From the NCBI RefSeq assembly GCF_016432865.1, contig NC_067403.1, positions 246,016,001-246,080,000 on the forward strand: 64,000 nucleotides of DNA. Reading direction: 5' to 3'. Below are positions 12,411 through 26,300 of the stretch, one piece after another (position 1 is the first letter of the stretch; every line of letters begins with the position of its first letter). The translations under genes were made by a program, and so were the position numbers. This DNA is from Antechinus flavipes. Its lineage: Eukaryota. Under the pieces are notes generated by a model, which saw only the letters and a list, made by a program, of their open reading frames with translations, did not search any database and had not been told where the DNA came from.

Positions 12411-13592
12411 TATCTCTGTCCATCTTTCATCCATATCCCAGTAAAATAAATGTTTGGGGGATAGATATTTGAGGGCAGGGACAATTTTATTTTTGTTTTT
12501 GTATACTAGCCAAGCATGGTTTCTACCTTACAATAGGTAGCTAATAAATATTTGTCATAATGAATTGAATAATAAACTCTCTAATGAAAAAAATTGTGAA
12601 TGGCATGACAGATCACATGGACATTGCAAGATTGTTATAAATAGACCATAGAATGTTGTAAAAGATGGCTTATGGGCAACAAAGTGCTATGATTCAAGAA
12701 ATGTGTAAATAGAAAGGAGAATGAATCAATCATATAAAGAAAACATTGAGGTCCCATATGCAAGGACTAAGTGGTCCAGTTGTATTTATGAGGTGGCAAA
12801 AAGCCAAGAAAAGATTTCACACTCATTGTGCGATTCCTGGAATAAAAAATCCTTACATTCAGGGACTATGTCATTTCTTCTTTTCTATCCCTATTGCCTA
12901 ACAATGACTCACAAAATTAGGAACTAAATTGATATTTATCAATTAAATACAGTTGAATTTATTTATTATAAAACATGAATTACAGAGGATAAGAAGTTAC
13001 AAATGAGTCAATTTGAAATGCTGGAAGGACTATCTATTTATATAAGACTATAGAACCTATCAAATATTGAGTACTAACTCCCACTTATGTCATATATGAT
13101 GTTTCCCAAAGTATCCAGAACAAAATTCTCCCAGCTCAGAATTCCTATACTAAGATTTCTGATTCTTTAAAATATAATTGTTCTTTCTTTCAAAGCTATT
13201 TAATATATATCATCTAACTCTTTTGTATAGCTAGCCAATAAACTAGGATTTAATAAGTGCTATATGAAACTCTGAGTATACTAAGAAGAACTTTGGGAAT
13301 CAGAAAGACTTTTTAGAGGAGTTCTGAAGAAAATTAAGATATTGTAGAAGGTAGAGATAAATAGATATTATATCCCAGGCATGAGGTTGAAGAAAGGAGA
13401 AAAGACATAGAATAGAGCATGGGAAGAAAAGCCAGAAAACTAATTTGGCTGGATCATTTTGTATGCAAAGGTGAAGTTATAGAGGAAATATAATATTATG
13501 TTATATGATAAAAAAAATAAATTTGGAAAAATTTGGAGACAAGTAGTTAAAGTCTTTAATTTTCAAACTAAAAAAAATTGCATTTCATTCTT

Positions 13593-13742
13593 TTTTTTTA
13601 ATTTTTTTGCTGAGGGAATTGGGGTCAAGTGGCTTGTCCAGGATCACACAGCTAGGAAGTATTAAGTGTCTAAGCCCAGATTGAACTCAAGTCCTGACTT
13701 CAGGGCTGGTGCTCTATCCACTACACCACCTAGCTGCTCCAT
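13593..13742 (-). mobile_element. WSINE1-type SINE with 11-bp target-site duplication
   Basis: Full head to poly(A); TSD atttcattctt at 13582-13592 and 13743-13753. Confidence 0.85.
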
Positions 13743-14098
13743 ATTTCATTCTTGAATGAATGAAGTGACAGGTGATTTCATAGAGGAGTGCTATGATCAA
13801 ACCCATATGGGGAGAATATTCATAATTTAGTATGAAATATTAGAAGACTCTACTTGAATGTAAGAAGGATTTCCACCAGAGATGATTAGTTTTAAGGCAG
13901 CTTCCTTACTACTCACTTACTACTTGGAAAATCTTATATAAAAATTGCTTAAAATATACAATAAATCTGGAATCTGGGCATAATTTTAATTCTTCTTCCA
14001 TTCTTGTCCATCATGTAGAAACCGAAACTTTGGCACGCTAAACACATTAATCACTCAATGTCTCTAAGTACAGAACCATTGATTCAAAAAAGTTGGGT

Positions 14099-15058
14099 CT
14101 ATGACATTCCTGAAACCATCTTTTTCATTCTATTTTTCCTGAGTATATTCCTCAAAGCTACTTTCACATCTCTGTTTCTCAGACTATAGATAAGTGGGTT
14201 CAGCACAGGACTCACAAAAGTGTAGAACACAGCTATAATTTTAGATTCCTCAACATTTTTATCAGTGGGAGGCCTTACATACATGCAGAAAAGAGTCCCA
14301 TAAAACAAAGTAACAGCCATCATGTGAGAGCCACAGGTAGAGAATGCCTTCCTCCTTCCCTCAGCAGAGCGAATGCGGAGGATGGCTGCCAGAATGAAGG
14401 CATAAGAGATGAGAATGATGGCAAGAGAGTTGGAAAGGTTGAACCCAGCTGAGATGAACATGGCATGTTCTTTGACATAGGTGTCAGAACAAGACAACTT
14501 GATGAGAGGGGGATCAGCACAGTAGAAGTGATTGATGACATTGGATCTACAGAAGGATAAGCGAAACGTCAGGATGGATTGGAAAAGACCATCGGAAAAA
14601 CCATAGATATAGGGGAAGGTGACCAGGCAGATGCAGACTCTCCTGGACATCTTCACACTGTAATGTAGTGGGCTGCAGATAGCTACATAACGATCATAAG
14701 CCATGGCAGCCAACATATAAAACTCAGTAAGCAGTAAAGCAATGAAAATGTAACACTGCACAAAGCAACCAACAAAGGAAATAGTCTTTCTTTCAGATAA
14801 GAAATTTGCCAACATCTTGGGGGTTGCATTGCAGGAATAGCACAAGTCTACAAAAGCCAAATTAGTAAGAAAAAAGTACATGGGTGTGTGAAGGCGAGGC
14901 TCAAGTTTGATCAAGATAATCATCCCAAGGTTTCCTAACAGGGTAAGAATGTAGATTCCAAGAAAACCCACAAACAGTATATGTTGTAGTTCAGGACGAT
15001 CTGTGAGTCCAAGGAGAATAAATTCAGTAAATCTAGTGCTGCCATTTTGACTTGACAT
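14099..15058 (-). CDS. OR5M11: Olfactory receptor OR5M11-like paralog (intact, 319 aa)
   Basis: About 92% amino-acid identity to the 7824 gene by hand count. Start moved from the ORF-track 15154 to ATG 15058 because an acceptor (tttatctcag, 15081-15083) lies 22 nt upstream, as for ATG 7836 in the paralog. Confidence 0.92.
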   Translation of the reverse strand: MSSQNGSTRFTEFILLGLTDRPELQHILFVGFLGIYILTLLGNLGMIILIKLEPRLHTPMYFFLTNLAFVDLCYSCNATPKMLANFLSERKTISFVGCFVQCYIFIALLLTEFYMLAAMAYDRYVAICSPLHYSVKMSRRVCICLVTFPYIYGFSDGLFQSILTFRLSFCRSNVINHFYCADPPLIKLSCSDTYVKEHAMFISAGFNLSNSLAIILISYAFILAAILRIRSAEGRRKAFSTCGSHMMAVTLFYGTLFCMYVRPPTDKNVEESKIIAVFYTFVSPVLNPLIYSLRNRDVKVALRNILRKNRMKKMVSGMS

Positions 15059-18017
15059 TTCCCTGGATCTCTGTAGTCTTCTGAGATAAATGAAAACAAA
15101 GAAAAAATAAATCAAAGATGATGAAATATAGCTTTTATATTTTACAGAACACATTCTTCATGATATTACTGAGCAAGACAGAGAATGAGTATTACTCTGA
15201 TGATTTTACTGAAGAATAAATACACTGATTTATGTGCAAAATAAGGTCTGCCCAATATTACAGTGTAAAGCAAATGGAATTGCTTGTCTTGTACGTTTGT
15301 TTGTTTGTTTTGTTTTGTTTTTTGGGTTTTTTTTTTTTTTTTGGTCTCTTGCATAGTGTTGAATCATTAAAACACACTGCATTTCTTTGGGAAGAAATTT
15401 GCAAAATTCTCTTGTGTTTTAAATTGTCATTTTCTATTCATAAAGTTCTAGTCTTATAAACATACATAGACATCTATACATAAACACACAAAAAGATAAC
15501 CAAAAATGAATACAATATGTTGATCTTAAGCAGCAAAATGCTAAATTGTTTTGATAGCTGTGATTTGAAGATTTAAAAGTTAGAAGGGACTACAAACTCT
15601 ATTATTAATCAATAGCATTGTTTGGCAGTTAGAATATCAAATGTAAATAAGTTTCTATACAAATACACTTATATCATCCAAGACTGAGAAGGAAATTGTA
15701 CCTGGTCATGACACATCTATGTTTCATTCATTTACATGAGTAATATTTTGGGAAGGGGATGGAAGTCCAAATTCTAAATTTACCTCGTCATATGAAGTTC
15801 AGTGCAAAGAATATTTAACTGAGGAAAAGAAAAATTGAGGCCATAATATTCTATTGGGAGGACTGAATTATATTTAATTAATTAAAAACTGCTATATGGA
15901 AGGGTGACTTTTTACTAACTAACCCTAATTCTCTAATACTGTTTCTATTTAATTCCTTTTATACTAGTGAAATGATTTTTAAAATTCACAAGCTTTTAGG
16001 ATATTTAAGGGGAGGGGTGCAGTAGTCCTTGGGACACAGCTGATACTAGACCTCAAACTTGAACTAGGCTTATGTAGGATTGTGCTAAAGCATTCTAATA
16101 TGTTATCACAAGAACAAACAACGGCAATGATAGTGTTGTGTAACATTGTTTGAATGCTCTTCTGATGAGGTTGGGAATAGGGGAGGAAGATACTTTTAGT
16201 ATTATAGAAATGGGAGCAGGATAAAGTTGCTTAGGAATATGAAATGCTTTAGAAGAGTAGATATTTGACTCTGCAAATGAGAGCACTTCATCAAATCTTT
16301 ACAGCTGGTAAGATATTTAAACTAGTTTTCTTTTCCTAAGTTATTCCACCATCTCCAGAAAGTCACAATTGAGGGAGTTTCTTAAAGGAACATCTCCCTG
16401 TAATATCTACCCTTTTTAGCAGAAAAGTGTCAATTTAGGGAAAGACTCCAGTTAATTATATTTCAATGTCTATGACATTATATAGCTTCTTACATTTTCA
16501 GTAAAAGATATAGTTTCATCAGTATCCTTACTACCAGATTTTCCCTGTGTAATGCAGAGAAATGATCTTGGGATTTGGAATCAAATTATCTGGATTCAAA
16601 TCCCAAGTCAATCATTGACATTCAATAAAATACTGTACCTCTGTGAACCTTTCTCCTTATCTCTATAAAAAGGATTTGCAGATTCCTGCCTTCTTCCTTT
16701 ATCTGCCATAAAGGCAGCCAAGAGGAATTGAAAGAGTACCAGATGTGCAGGATGAGACCTTATTTAAATTGTATTAGCTCATTATATATTCCTAGGCAAA
16801 TTAGTTATCTTTTCTGAGCCTCTTTCCTCATCTTTAAAATAAAGGAAACTAGGTTAGAGTGATTTCTGAAGTCTAACTCCTATGATCCATTGATGAAATG
16901 GAATCCTAGATGGATATATACACAATAATTTTTAAAATTTTTCTCAGTAACACCCCTGATTACCAACCTTAGAGATCTTAAGTAATAATGGATGATTCCC
17001 TAGATTTTATTCTAATTATATTGCAGATATACCATAAATGATCCAAGCCTCTCATTTTATAGATGTAAAAAGTGAATCCCAGGGAACTTAAGTTATTTCC
17101 CTGAGATTAAACAGATTTTAACAGGTTACAACAGAACCAGAATCCAAACCCAGATTCATTGACCCCAAATTTTGTGTTCTCTGTAATAGATGGATTTATC
17201 TGGATGTACAATATTTCATGAGATCATTTCCAGCCTTATCTCTCAACATAAGCAGTTTCTTTTTCTCTTATGGAATATTCTAAAATAATCCTGTATTTAC
17301 CAACCCAGTGGTTACCTTGGCTAGTCCTTCCTCAGTTCTATAAAAATTCAAAACAAAATATTGATAATCAGCTCTAGTCATACCTTCTTGCTTTTCCAAC
17401 ATTATTAAATGGTCACTCAGCAAGAATTTATTTATTATGAAGTAGGTCTCTGTCTCTCTTTCCGTCTGCCTTTCTGTGTCCCTTTGTCACTCTCTGTCTC
17501 TCTGTGTGTGTCTCTCTCACATGCACACACAGAGATATACCCCCCACACACACACACACCCCAAGAGTATTTAACGTTCATTCACAGAATCACAAAATTA
17601 TAGAATTGGAATGAGCCTTGAAACTTACATAATAATACAGAATTAGTTCCAAAAAGAAGAAATTCCTCAAGTCACATAATTAATTAATTGTCAGTACACT
17701 GCATTGCTCTCTCTAAATGTAGTAACAAATATTGTAGCAATCTCAGTTTTGTCATCAAATCTCATCATCTCCTTTGTTAGGCATTAACACTCTTGATTTT
17801 TTCTCTCTTTTTTTTCCTTTTTCTAATCATTCCAGACAATTATCCTAATCTAATGTCCCTGACGTCATATTTAATGATTTTTTATATCTTTTAAGTTAAT
17901 TTTCATTTTAAATTTTTAGAAATAGGTTTTCCAAGGATAAATTATAACTTTTCAAAATTTTATACAGAGTATTTCATAGTATATAGATAAAAGCAGCTGC
18001 TACTCTATTAATGATAC

Positions 18018-18124
18018 CTTTTTCCAAAGCAAACTTAATCCTTTATCAGTCACATAATGTACTTCTTATTAAGAAATGAAGGAAGGCCCATGTATTCCTT
18101 GAAACATTGAATGTCCACACCTTC
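18018..18124 (-). other. Predicted 5'-UTR exon of the OR at 15058
   Basis: Acceptor-like ttttttcag at 18125, donor AG|GTATCA at 18017; homologous to 6263-6379. Confidence 0.5.
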
Positions 18125-18180
18125 CTGAAAAAAAGAAGAAAACTGACTCTTAATCTTTCCAGCCTGTAAAATATAGAAGC

Positions 18181-18284
18181 ATTTATATCTGCATCTGAGA
18201 AATTGGATTTGCTCCCTGAAGAATATATCTCAAATGTACCAAGAAATCTCGTGAATTTATTGCATGCTGCATAATCTCTGGAGA
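18181..18284 (-). promoter_or_regulatory. Predicted promoter of the OR at 15058
   Basis: TATAAAT 18187-18181; tccctgaaga 18213-18222; tctctggaga 18275-18284; aligns to 3530-3595 in inverted orientation. Confidence 0.55.
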
Positions 18285-18527
18285 TATGGCAGAATCAGGA
18301 ATCAGCTACTTGTATATTTTCCCTAAATTATCTGTGATTTGGGAATTGCTGGCATTACAACCAAACTTGGCACAGAGGCTTGGTTTAAAAACTTTGTTCT
18401 TGTACAATCACATCATTCTTATTTTAAAGCCATGTCATTGTTTAAACTGTAGATTTTGAAATTACATTGCAGAAGAACTTTGTTAGGAACAACCAGGAAC
18501 CAAATATTGACATTGACATAGATACGA

Positions 18528-21500
18528 AAGGCCTGTCCACTTCTATGCTTTTCTGTCACCTTAGCTGATCTGAAAGGTGTGAGGTAGTACCTCAGAGTTA
18601 TTTTAATCTGCATTTCTCTAGTCAATACTGATTTAGAGAATTTTTTCATATGACTATAAATGGCTTTAATTTCATTATCTGAAAATTGTCTGTTCATATC
18701 CTTTGATCATTTATCAATTGGAGAATGACTCGCATTCTTTTGAATTTGACACAGTTCTTTATATATTTTAGAAATGTGACCTTTATCAGAAATACTGATT
18801 GTAAAGATTTTTCCCCCAGCTTTACATTTCCCTTTTAATTGTGTTTCTGTTTGTTTTGTTTCCACAAAACCTTTTTAATTTAATGTAATCAAATTTGTTC
18901 ATTTTGCCTTTCATAATATTCTCTAGTTTTTCTTTGGTCATAACTTCCTCCCTTCTCTAAATATCTGATAGATAAAATATCCCTTTTTATGTTAATTTGT
19001 GAGTTCTTATTCCAGAAACTGCTGTTTGGGGATTTATCAAATGTTAAGTTGCTTTGACTATTGTGTTGTATGATTTTAGTCTATTCCATTGATCCACCAT
19101 TCTGATTACTGCTACTTTATAATATAATTTAGATTTGGTACTGATAAGCCACTATCCTTTGTATTTTTTCATTAATTTCATTAATGTTGTTCCAGATGAA
19201 GTTTGTTTTTATTTTTTCTACTTCTATTAAATAATGTTTTGGCAATTTGGTTGCTATGGCAATTTAGGCAGACTTATCACTTTTATTATATTAGCTTGGC
19301 CTAGCCATAAATAATTGATATTTTTCCAATTATTTAGATCTGATTTTATTTGTGTGAGAAATATTTTGTAATTGTGTTCATATAGTTCTTTGGTTTGTCT
19401 TGGCAGGTAGAACCCCAAGTATTTTATTTCATCTACAATAATTTTAAATGGAATTTCTCTTTCTATCTCTTCTTGATGGACTTTGTTAGTAATATATACA
19501 AATGCTGATGATTTGTATAAGTTTATTTTATATACTGCAACTTTGTTAAAGCTGTGAATTGTTTCCAGTAGGGTTTTGGATGGTTTTCTAGGATTCTCTA
19601 AGTATATCATCATACCATCTACAAAGAGTGATAGGTTGATTTCCTCATTGCCTATTCTAATTTCTTTTTATTTTCTTACTGCTAAAGCAAACATTTCTAG
19701 TACAATACTGAATAATAGTGGTGATGATGGGCATCCTTGTTTTATCCCTGATATTATTGAGAATGCATCCAGTTTCTCTCCATTACAAACAAAATTTGCT
19801 TTAGGTTTTAGATAGATACTACTTATTATTTTAACAACATCTCCCTTCATCCTTATGTTCTTTAGTGTTTTTAATAGGAATTGGTGTTGTTTTTTTTTTC
19901 AAAAGTTTTTTCTGCATCTATTGAGATTATCATATGATATATTTTATGTCAATATTTTTCCTGATATTGAACAGGCGCTACATTCCTGGTATAAATCCTA
20001 CTTTGTCATAGTGTCTTATCTTTCTGATAAGTTGCTGTAATCTCTTTGATAATAATTTATATAAAATTTTTGCCCCAATATTCATTAGGGAGATTGGTCT
20101 GAATGTTCTTTCTCTATTTTGGTCCTTTCTGGTTTAGATATCAGTGCCATAGAAGAAAATTGTGTCATAGAAGAAAATTGGCAGTACTCCTTCTTTACTA
20201 ATTTTTCCAAATAGTTTGCATAGTATTTGAATTAATTGTTCTTTAAATGTTTGGTAGAATTCACTTGTGAATCAGTCTGGCTCTGGAGATTTTTTCTTAG
20301 AGAGTTCATCAATGATTTATTCAATTTCTTTTTCTAAAATGAGACTAAGTATTTTTTTCCTTTTCTGTTAAACTAGACAATTTATACTTTTGAAAATATT
20401 CATGCATCTCAATTAGACTTTCAGACTTGCTGATATAGAATTAGGCAAAATGCCTCCTAATAATTACTTTAATTTTTTTCCCATTGGTACTAAATCCATA
20501 GCTTTCATTTTTGTTGCTGGTGATTTTGGTGTTGTTCTTTCCTTTTTCTGATCAAATTACCCAATGGTTTATTTTGTTAGATGTTTTATAAAACCAACTT
20601 TTAGTTTTGTTTATTAGTTCAATAGTTTTCTTAGTTTCTATTCTATTAATCTCTCCTTTGAGTTTCAAAATTTCTAATTTGCTATTCAATTGGGAGTTTT
20701 TAATTTGTTCTTTTTCTAGCTTTTTAGTCACATTTCTTTTGATCTTTTTTTCTCTATTTAATTTATGTAGCTATTTAGAGATATAAAAATTCCCCTAAAA
20801 ACTGCTTTGGCTGCATGCCATAGGTTTTGGTATGTTATGTAAGTATTGTCATGTTTTTGAATGAAATTATGGATTATTGTTTCTATGATTTGTTGTTTGA
20901 CCCATTCATTCTTTAAAATTAGATTATTTGATTCTGAATTAATTTTTAGTCTTTCTTTATTAAATAAAATTTTATTGCATTGTGTTCGGAAAAGGAAGCT
21001 TTTATTATATATTATTTCTGCCTTTTTGCATTTGATTGTGAGGTTTTTGTGCCTTAATTCATGGTTAACTTTTATGTAGGTGTCATGTACTGCTGAGATA
21101 AAGCATTCCTTTCTGATCTATTCAATTTTCTCCAGAGGTCTAGCATGGATTTTCTAAGGTCTTATTAATCTCCCAGTTTCTTGTATATTTTGTGGTTAGA
21201 TTTGTCTGATTCTGAGAGGGAAAGTTTGAGATTCCCCACTAAAATTGTTGTGTTGTCTATTTCTTCCTATAACTGATTTAAAATCTTCTCTAGGAATTTG
21301 CCTCCTCTATCATTTCATGCATGCACATTTAGTATTGTTATGACTTCACTATTTATGGTACCCTTTGTCAACATGTACTTTCCCTCCTTATTTCTTTTAG
21401 TTAAGATCTATTTTTATTTTTGCTTTATCTGAAATCAAAATTGCTACCCCTGCTTCTTCTTCTTCTTTTTTTTTTTACTTTGGCTGAAACATACTAAATT

Positions 21501-21930
21501 ATCTTCCAGCCTTTTACCTTCATTCTCTATGTGTTTCTCTGTGTCAAATGTTTTTCTTGTAAAAAACATGTTATAGGATTCTGTTTTTTAATCACACTGC
21601 TGTTTGTTTCCATTTTAAGGGAGAGTTCATCCCATTCACATTAATAGTTATATTTACCAGCTTGGAATTCTTCCCATCCTATTTTCTCCTCTGTGTACAT
21701 TTTTGTTCTCTCTTTCCACTGTCCTTAGTCACGTGTTGTTGTTTTTATTGTTTTTTAACCACCCTTTTCTTAGTAGTGTTTATTTTTTCACTCACTACCT
21801 TTTATTCTGTCAACCATCCACTCTTTCACTTACCTTTTTCCCTAGTGGTTCTGCCCTCGATTCTATCCTGCCCTTCCCTTTTCTTTTCTTTTTTCTATTC
21901 CTACTTCTTTATAGTGTTAGATAAATTTAG
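18528..21930 (-). mobile_element. Decayed L1 (spacer and most of ORF2, no 3' end)
   Basis: ORF-track pieces MMIYLENP..., GIKQGCPSSPLLF and MQIKITLRYYLTP are L1 ORF2 reverse-transcriptase and C-terminal motifs; many stops and frameshifts. Confidence 0.9.
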
Positions 21931-23798
21931 ATAAACACATTTCCTATCAACTGCTAATCTTTTAGGGACAACTGAGATCAAAAAGATTTTTGTAATGAAG
22001 CAAGATTCTATATGTTTCTGGTATGCTGTCTAGAGAAAGACCTAAAGTTTCAACTACCCTGCCATCTCTTTGTTGAATTCTTTGGTTGCTGCATACAGAT
22101 TTTATTCTTTTAGTATTAGCAGAACTTTAATGTTCTATGGCCCTCTTAACAGTGTAACTGCAGCAAGATTCATTTTTCTTGATGAAATAATAAATCTTAA
22201 ATTCGACTATTTTGATCATTTCTTTCTGATAAAGTGCAGTCATCTTGGAACTTTGCAAAATATAAATTAGTGGATTATTGATACTCCACACTTACAATTT
22301 ACTCTATACACATACTCCAAACTTGACCACCCACTGCAAACTCAACGTATAAATAGGGGCAGATAGTTTAATGTATCTCAAATTTCTATGGGCAAATCTA
22401 ACTTGTTTCAAAGAGGCAATTCAATTGAGGCAATGAGATTTGACCCACCCTAAATAAGAATGCATCTGGAATACTTGAAGGCTACTTTCCCATAATATTC
22501 AAAACTAAGTATTCATCTTTTTTTTTATTACTTTAATGAATCAATACACATACTCATGCATCAGGCTTGTGATAGAAGCTAGAATATAAAAAGAGAACAA
22601 CAAATGATGCAAATGCCTGTCCCATTAAACTCAGTGAATCGAATTAGTTTCCTCTCAACTCTTAATCCTGGCTCTGTGAGATGACTATTCAAAAAAGAGA
22701 GTATGTTCTTGAGGGAAGTGAAGATGTTTTGTCTATTTTTTTATATCTCCCAGGATCTATCTAGTATTGTCCTTTTCTCAAACTGGTCATTTAATGAATA
22801 TAGTTTTTTTTTTTCCCCTATTCCCTCAACTTCCAGCAATGAAATAGTAGCAGTGATATCCCAAGGATTCAAGGGTCCTTTCTTATTCATTAAAAAAAGA
22901 ACTCTGCACTTTATTGTAAGAATGACATTTCAACTTTCTTTTCAATATACAAGTATGTAAAAATAATAATTCACCACGTAATGCTATCTTAAGGAATCCA
23001 AAATAGTCAGTACTAAAATAGTTTGGTTTTGTTTGTTTGTTTGTTTGATGAGACAATATGGTATAAGAGAGTTGGATAAGGAAAAAAGAGATAGCTGGTT
23101 CAGTATACAATAACCTGCATTCTAGTCTTTCTTCATACATATATTGAGTGTTCACAAATACATCCCTTAACATCTCACTGATGCCAAGGAATTCTCTACC
23201 ACACTAATTGGTAAATGTCCTGATGATCATTTGCAATGACAATTTCCTCATTAAGAGTTCTTTAAGCCAATACAATTAGAGGTCTTTTTTTTTCTAGTGG
23301 TATACAGGATAAGGTATTGACCAGGAATTGGGAAGATTTGAGTAGACATGCTGCTTCAGACTTTTATAAGCTATATGACTATGTGCAAGTCTCTAAAATT
23401 CCTAAAACTTTAGTCTGCTAATGATAAAATTGCAGAGATTTATAAAATGTTCACAGGGTTAAAATGAGGTTAAATAATGTTGATATATGTAAATTTATAT
23501 AAAAAATAAAATTGAAGATGAAATGTGTGCTTTGGTCAGAAAAGTTCTCATGAGACACACACAAATAAATAGAAAGACTCAGAGAGAGACAAAAACAGAG
23601 ACAGAAAAAGAAGTTCTGCTTAACAAAACAAAGTTGATGAGGTCCTGAGAGGTCCTTGTTACATTTTGTCTTCTTGAATATACACCAAAAAAATCTCATT
23701 CAATAATACTTGGTCTGATTAAATTAAAAAATAAACCTTTTTTTGAGAGACAGCTGTATAACAGTGAAGAGAAGCGCAGGTGTGATTGAAACAGGGAA

Positions 23799-24737
23799 TT
23801 ATTTAGTCTGTAATTTACTTTTGATTATTCTCTTCAGAGCATTCTTAACATCTTTGTTTCTCAGGCTATAAATCAAGGGATTTAACATAGGACTCACAAA
23901 AACATAGAAAACTGCTACAATTTTCCCTTGTTCTACAGATGTTTCTGAGGGAGGTCTTAGATGCATGCAAAAAAGAGTCCCATAAAAGATAGTGACAGCT
24001 GTCATATGAGAACCACAGGTAGAGAAAGCTTTACGCTGGCCCTCAGTAGATCGGATGCGTAGGATAGCTGTGAAGATAAACATGTAAGAGATAAGAATGA
24101 TTGCCAGAGAGCAGGTGAGATTGAAACCAGCAACTATAAACATGGCATTTTCTTTGATATAGGTATCTGAGCAGGAGAGGACCATAAGGGGTGGGTCAGC
24201 GCAGTAAAAGTGGTTAATCTCATTGGGGCCACAGAAGGATAGACGGAGCATCAGGATGGTTTGTATCAGGCCATTGACAAAGCCATAGATATAAGTTGCT
24301 GTGACCAGGGAGATGCAGATGTTCTTGGACATTTTGCTACTATAGAGCAGTGGATTACAGATAGCCACATAACGGTCATAGGCCATAACTGTGAGCATAT
24401 AATAATCTGTTATCACCAAGGCAATGAAAAAATGAAACTGTATGAGACAACCAACATAGGAAATGGTTTTTCTTTGTGATAGAAAATTGACCAACATCTG
24501 AGGTGTGACATTGGTGGAATAGCAAAGATCCACAAATGACAAGTGACTGAGGAAAAAGTACATGGGAGTTTGAAGTTTGGGATCAGTCCTGATCAATGAA
24601 ATCATGCCCACATTCCCACATACAATGAGAAGGTAGACAATTAAAAATATTACAAAGAGAATAGGCTGCAACTCTGGGTGATCAGTCAGTCCCAGGAGAA
24701 TGAATTCGGTCACCATGGTATAATTTATCTCTGACAT
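23799..24737 (-). CDS. Olfactory receptor family 5M, Olfr1030/OR5M5-type (intact, 312 aa)
   Basis: NYT sequon and all OR motifs; [24 protein letters not shown] is characteristic of the recalled Olfr1030 type; acceptor cttcttag at 24750-24751. Confidence 0.92.
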   Translation of the reverse strand: MSEINYTMVTEFILLGLTDHPELQPILFVIFLIVYLLIVCGNVGMISLIRTDPKLQTPMYFFLSHLSFVDLCYSTNVTPQMLVNFLSQRKTISYVGCLIQFHFFIALVITDYYMLTVMAYDRYVAICNPLLYSSKMSKNICISLVTATYIYGFVNGLIQTILMLRLSFCGPNEINHFYCADPPLMVLSCSDTYIKENAMFIVAGFNLTCSLAIILISYMFIFTAILRIRSTEGQRKAFSTCGSHMTAVTIFYGTLFCMHLRPPSETSVEQGKIVAVFYVFVSPMLNPLIYSLRNKDVKNALKRIIKSKLQTK

Positions 24738-24989
24738 TTTGTTCGATGCCTAAGAAGATAAAAAGGGAAGATAAATATGAACTTTTGGCATTAGATATCA
24801 TATTTTCCATTCATATCACCTCTATACTTTGTTCTTCCTCTGTACTTTCTTAGATATGGCCCATAGAGAATTGGAAAAGCAAGCATTTCCTGTATTCAGA
24901 AGTGTACTTATGTGTATTTGTTAGGAAAATTCTTTTATCTATAAATTATTGAAAATTAATTTATACCAATATGCCATAGGTTTTTCATC

Positions 24990-26300
24990 TCATATCACTT
25001 CTCTCTTCAACTTCTTTTCTTTTCACTCTCTTCTTCACTCCCTACATTCTGATTTCCAAGCATATAGTTCAACCAAACTTGTTCTCTCTATAGTTGCCAA
25101 TCATTACTCAATTGGTAAATCCAAAGACCTTTTTTCTGTCCTCATTTCCCTTAACTTCTCTGTGAATTTTTCTTGAGAATTCTTTGCCATTACACTTTCA
25201 CAGTTCTCCTTCTTCTCTAATTATCGCTATATTTTGTCCAGGTCCATATTTGCCATTATGGGTATTCTGAAGGCTTTTATCCTGGTCTCTATTCTCCAAA
25301 TTATATTTGATTTGGTAACATCATAAAATTCCCATGGATTCTATTGTTATTCCTTATGCTAATTGTTGTCAAATCTACTTAACCACTCCTAACCTCTCTT
25401 CTGTTACTCCTGCATTTCCAAACTGAGTATTGGACATTTCAGATTGATCATATTAAACCCAACTTGTCTAAAACTTACCTTATTATCTTTCCTCTGAAAC
25501 ACTCTGATGTACCAAACTTCCCTAATGCTATTGAGGATATCACCATACTGCAGGTCAGTTAGGCTTATAGCTTACATGTCACCTGTTGCCAACTGCCCTT
25601 GATTTAAACTCTGTAACATCTTTCATGTTTGCTCTCTTTTCTATTCTGACACTGCCACCCCGATGGAGATCTTCATTGTCACATCAATGGGTTAGTTCAA
25701 TAGGTCTCTGGTTGATCTTGTTGTCTCAAGTCTCTCCCCACTAGAGTTTATTTTCCACTCACCTGTCAAATGCATCTTCTTAAATTCAGGTCAGCTTTGT
25801 CACTCTTCCTAACCCATTCAGTAAATTTCAGTAATTTCCTTTATCTCTAAAACTAAATATAAAATCCTCTCTTTGGCATTCAAATCCCTTCATAACCAAT
25901 TCCTCTCTTACCTTTCCAGTCTTCTTCTCCCTATCTATCCACACAATTTGCAATGCAACTGCACTGGTTTTCTTCTTCTTAGACCAAGACACAGCATCTT
26001 GATTCCCCATATTTTTACATCCTGTGCTTTGTGTTTGGAATGACCACTGTCTTCATTTCTTCTATATATGAAGGAATATATCTATATCTATATCTAAAGG
26101 AAATTTTCAATTCTAAAGGCCCTAGAAATTAAAGCTAATGCTTTCCCTCTGTTTACCTTCAATTTATTTTTATCTGTCATTCATAGTTGTTTGCAGGTTG
26201 TATCCCCCATTAGAACTGCTTGAGAACTTCTTGAGGGGAAGAACTGTCTTTTTTTGTTTGTTTGTTTCCCCAGTGTTTAAGATAGTACCTGGCACATAAT
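24990..26300 (+). mobile_element. L2 LINE 3' portion, decayed
   Basis: Reverse-transcriptase-region remnant and L2 3' end (cttgaggggaagaactgtc...ccccagtgtttaagatagtacctggcacata). Confidence 0.7.

Noticed and set aside
13593-13742. tRNA-like heads as tRNA genes; microsatellites as CRISPR-like arrays
   Set aside because: The heads belong to SINEs with tails and TSDs; no repeat-spacer structure exists and the DNA is mammalian.
15059-15154. N-terminal extensions in the ORF track (15154, 52909 and GTG 31388)
   Set aside because: The first two run through polypyrimidine tracts and splice acceptors and are absent in paralogs; the third is a GTG start.
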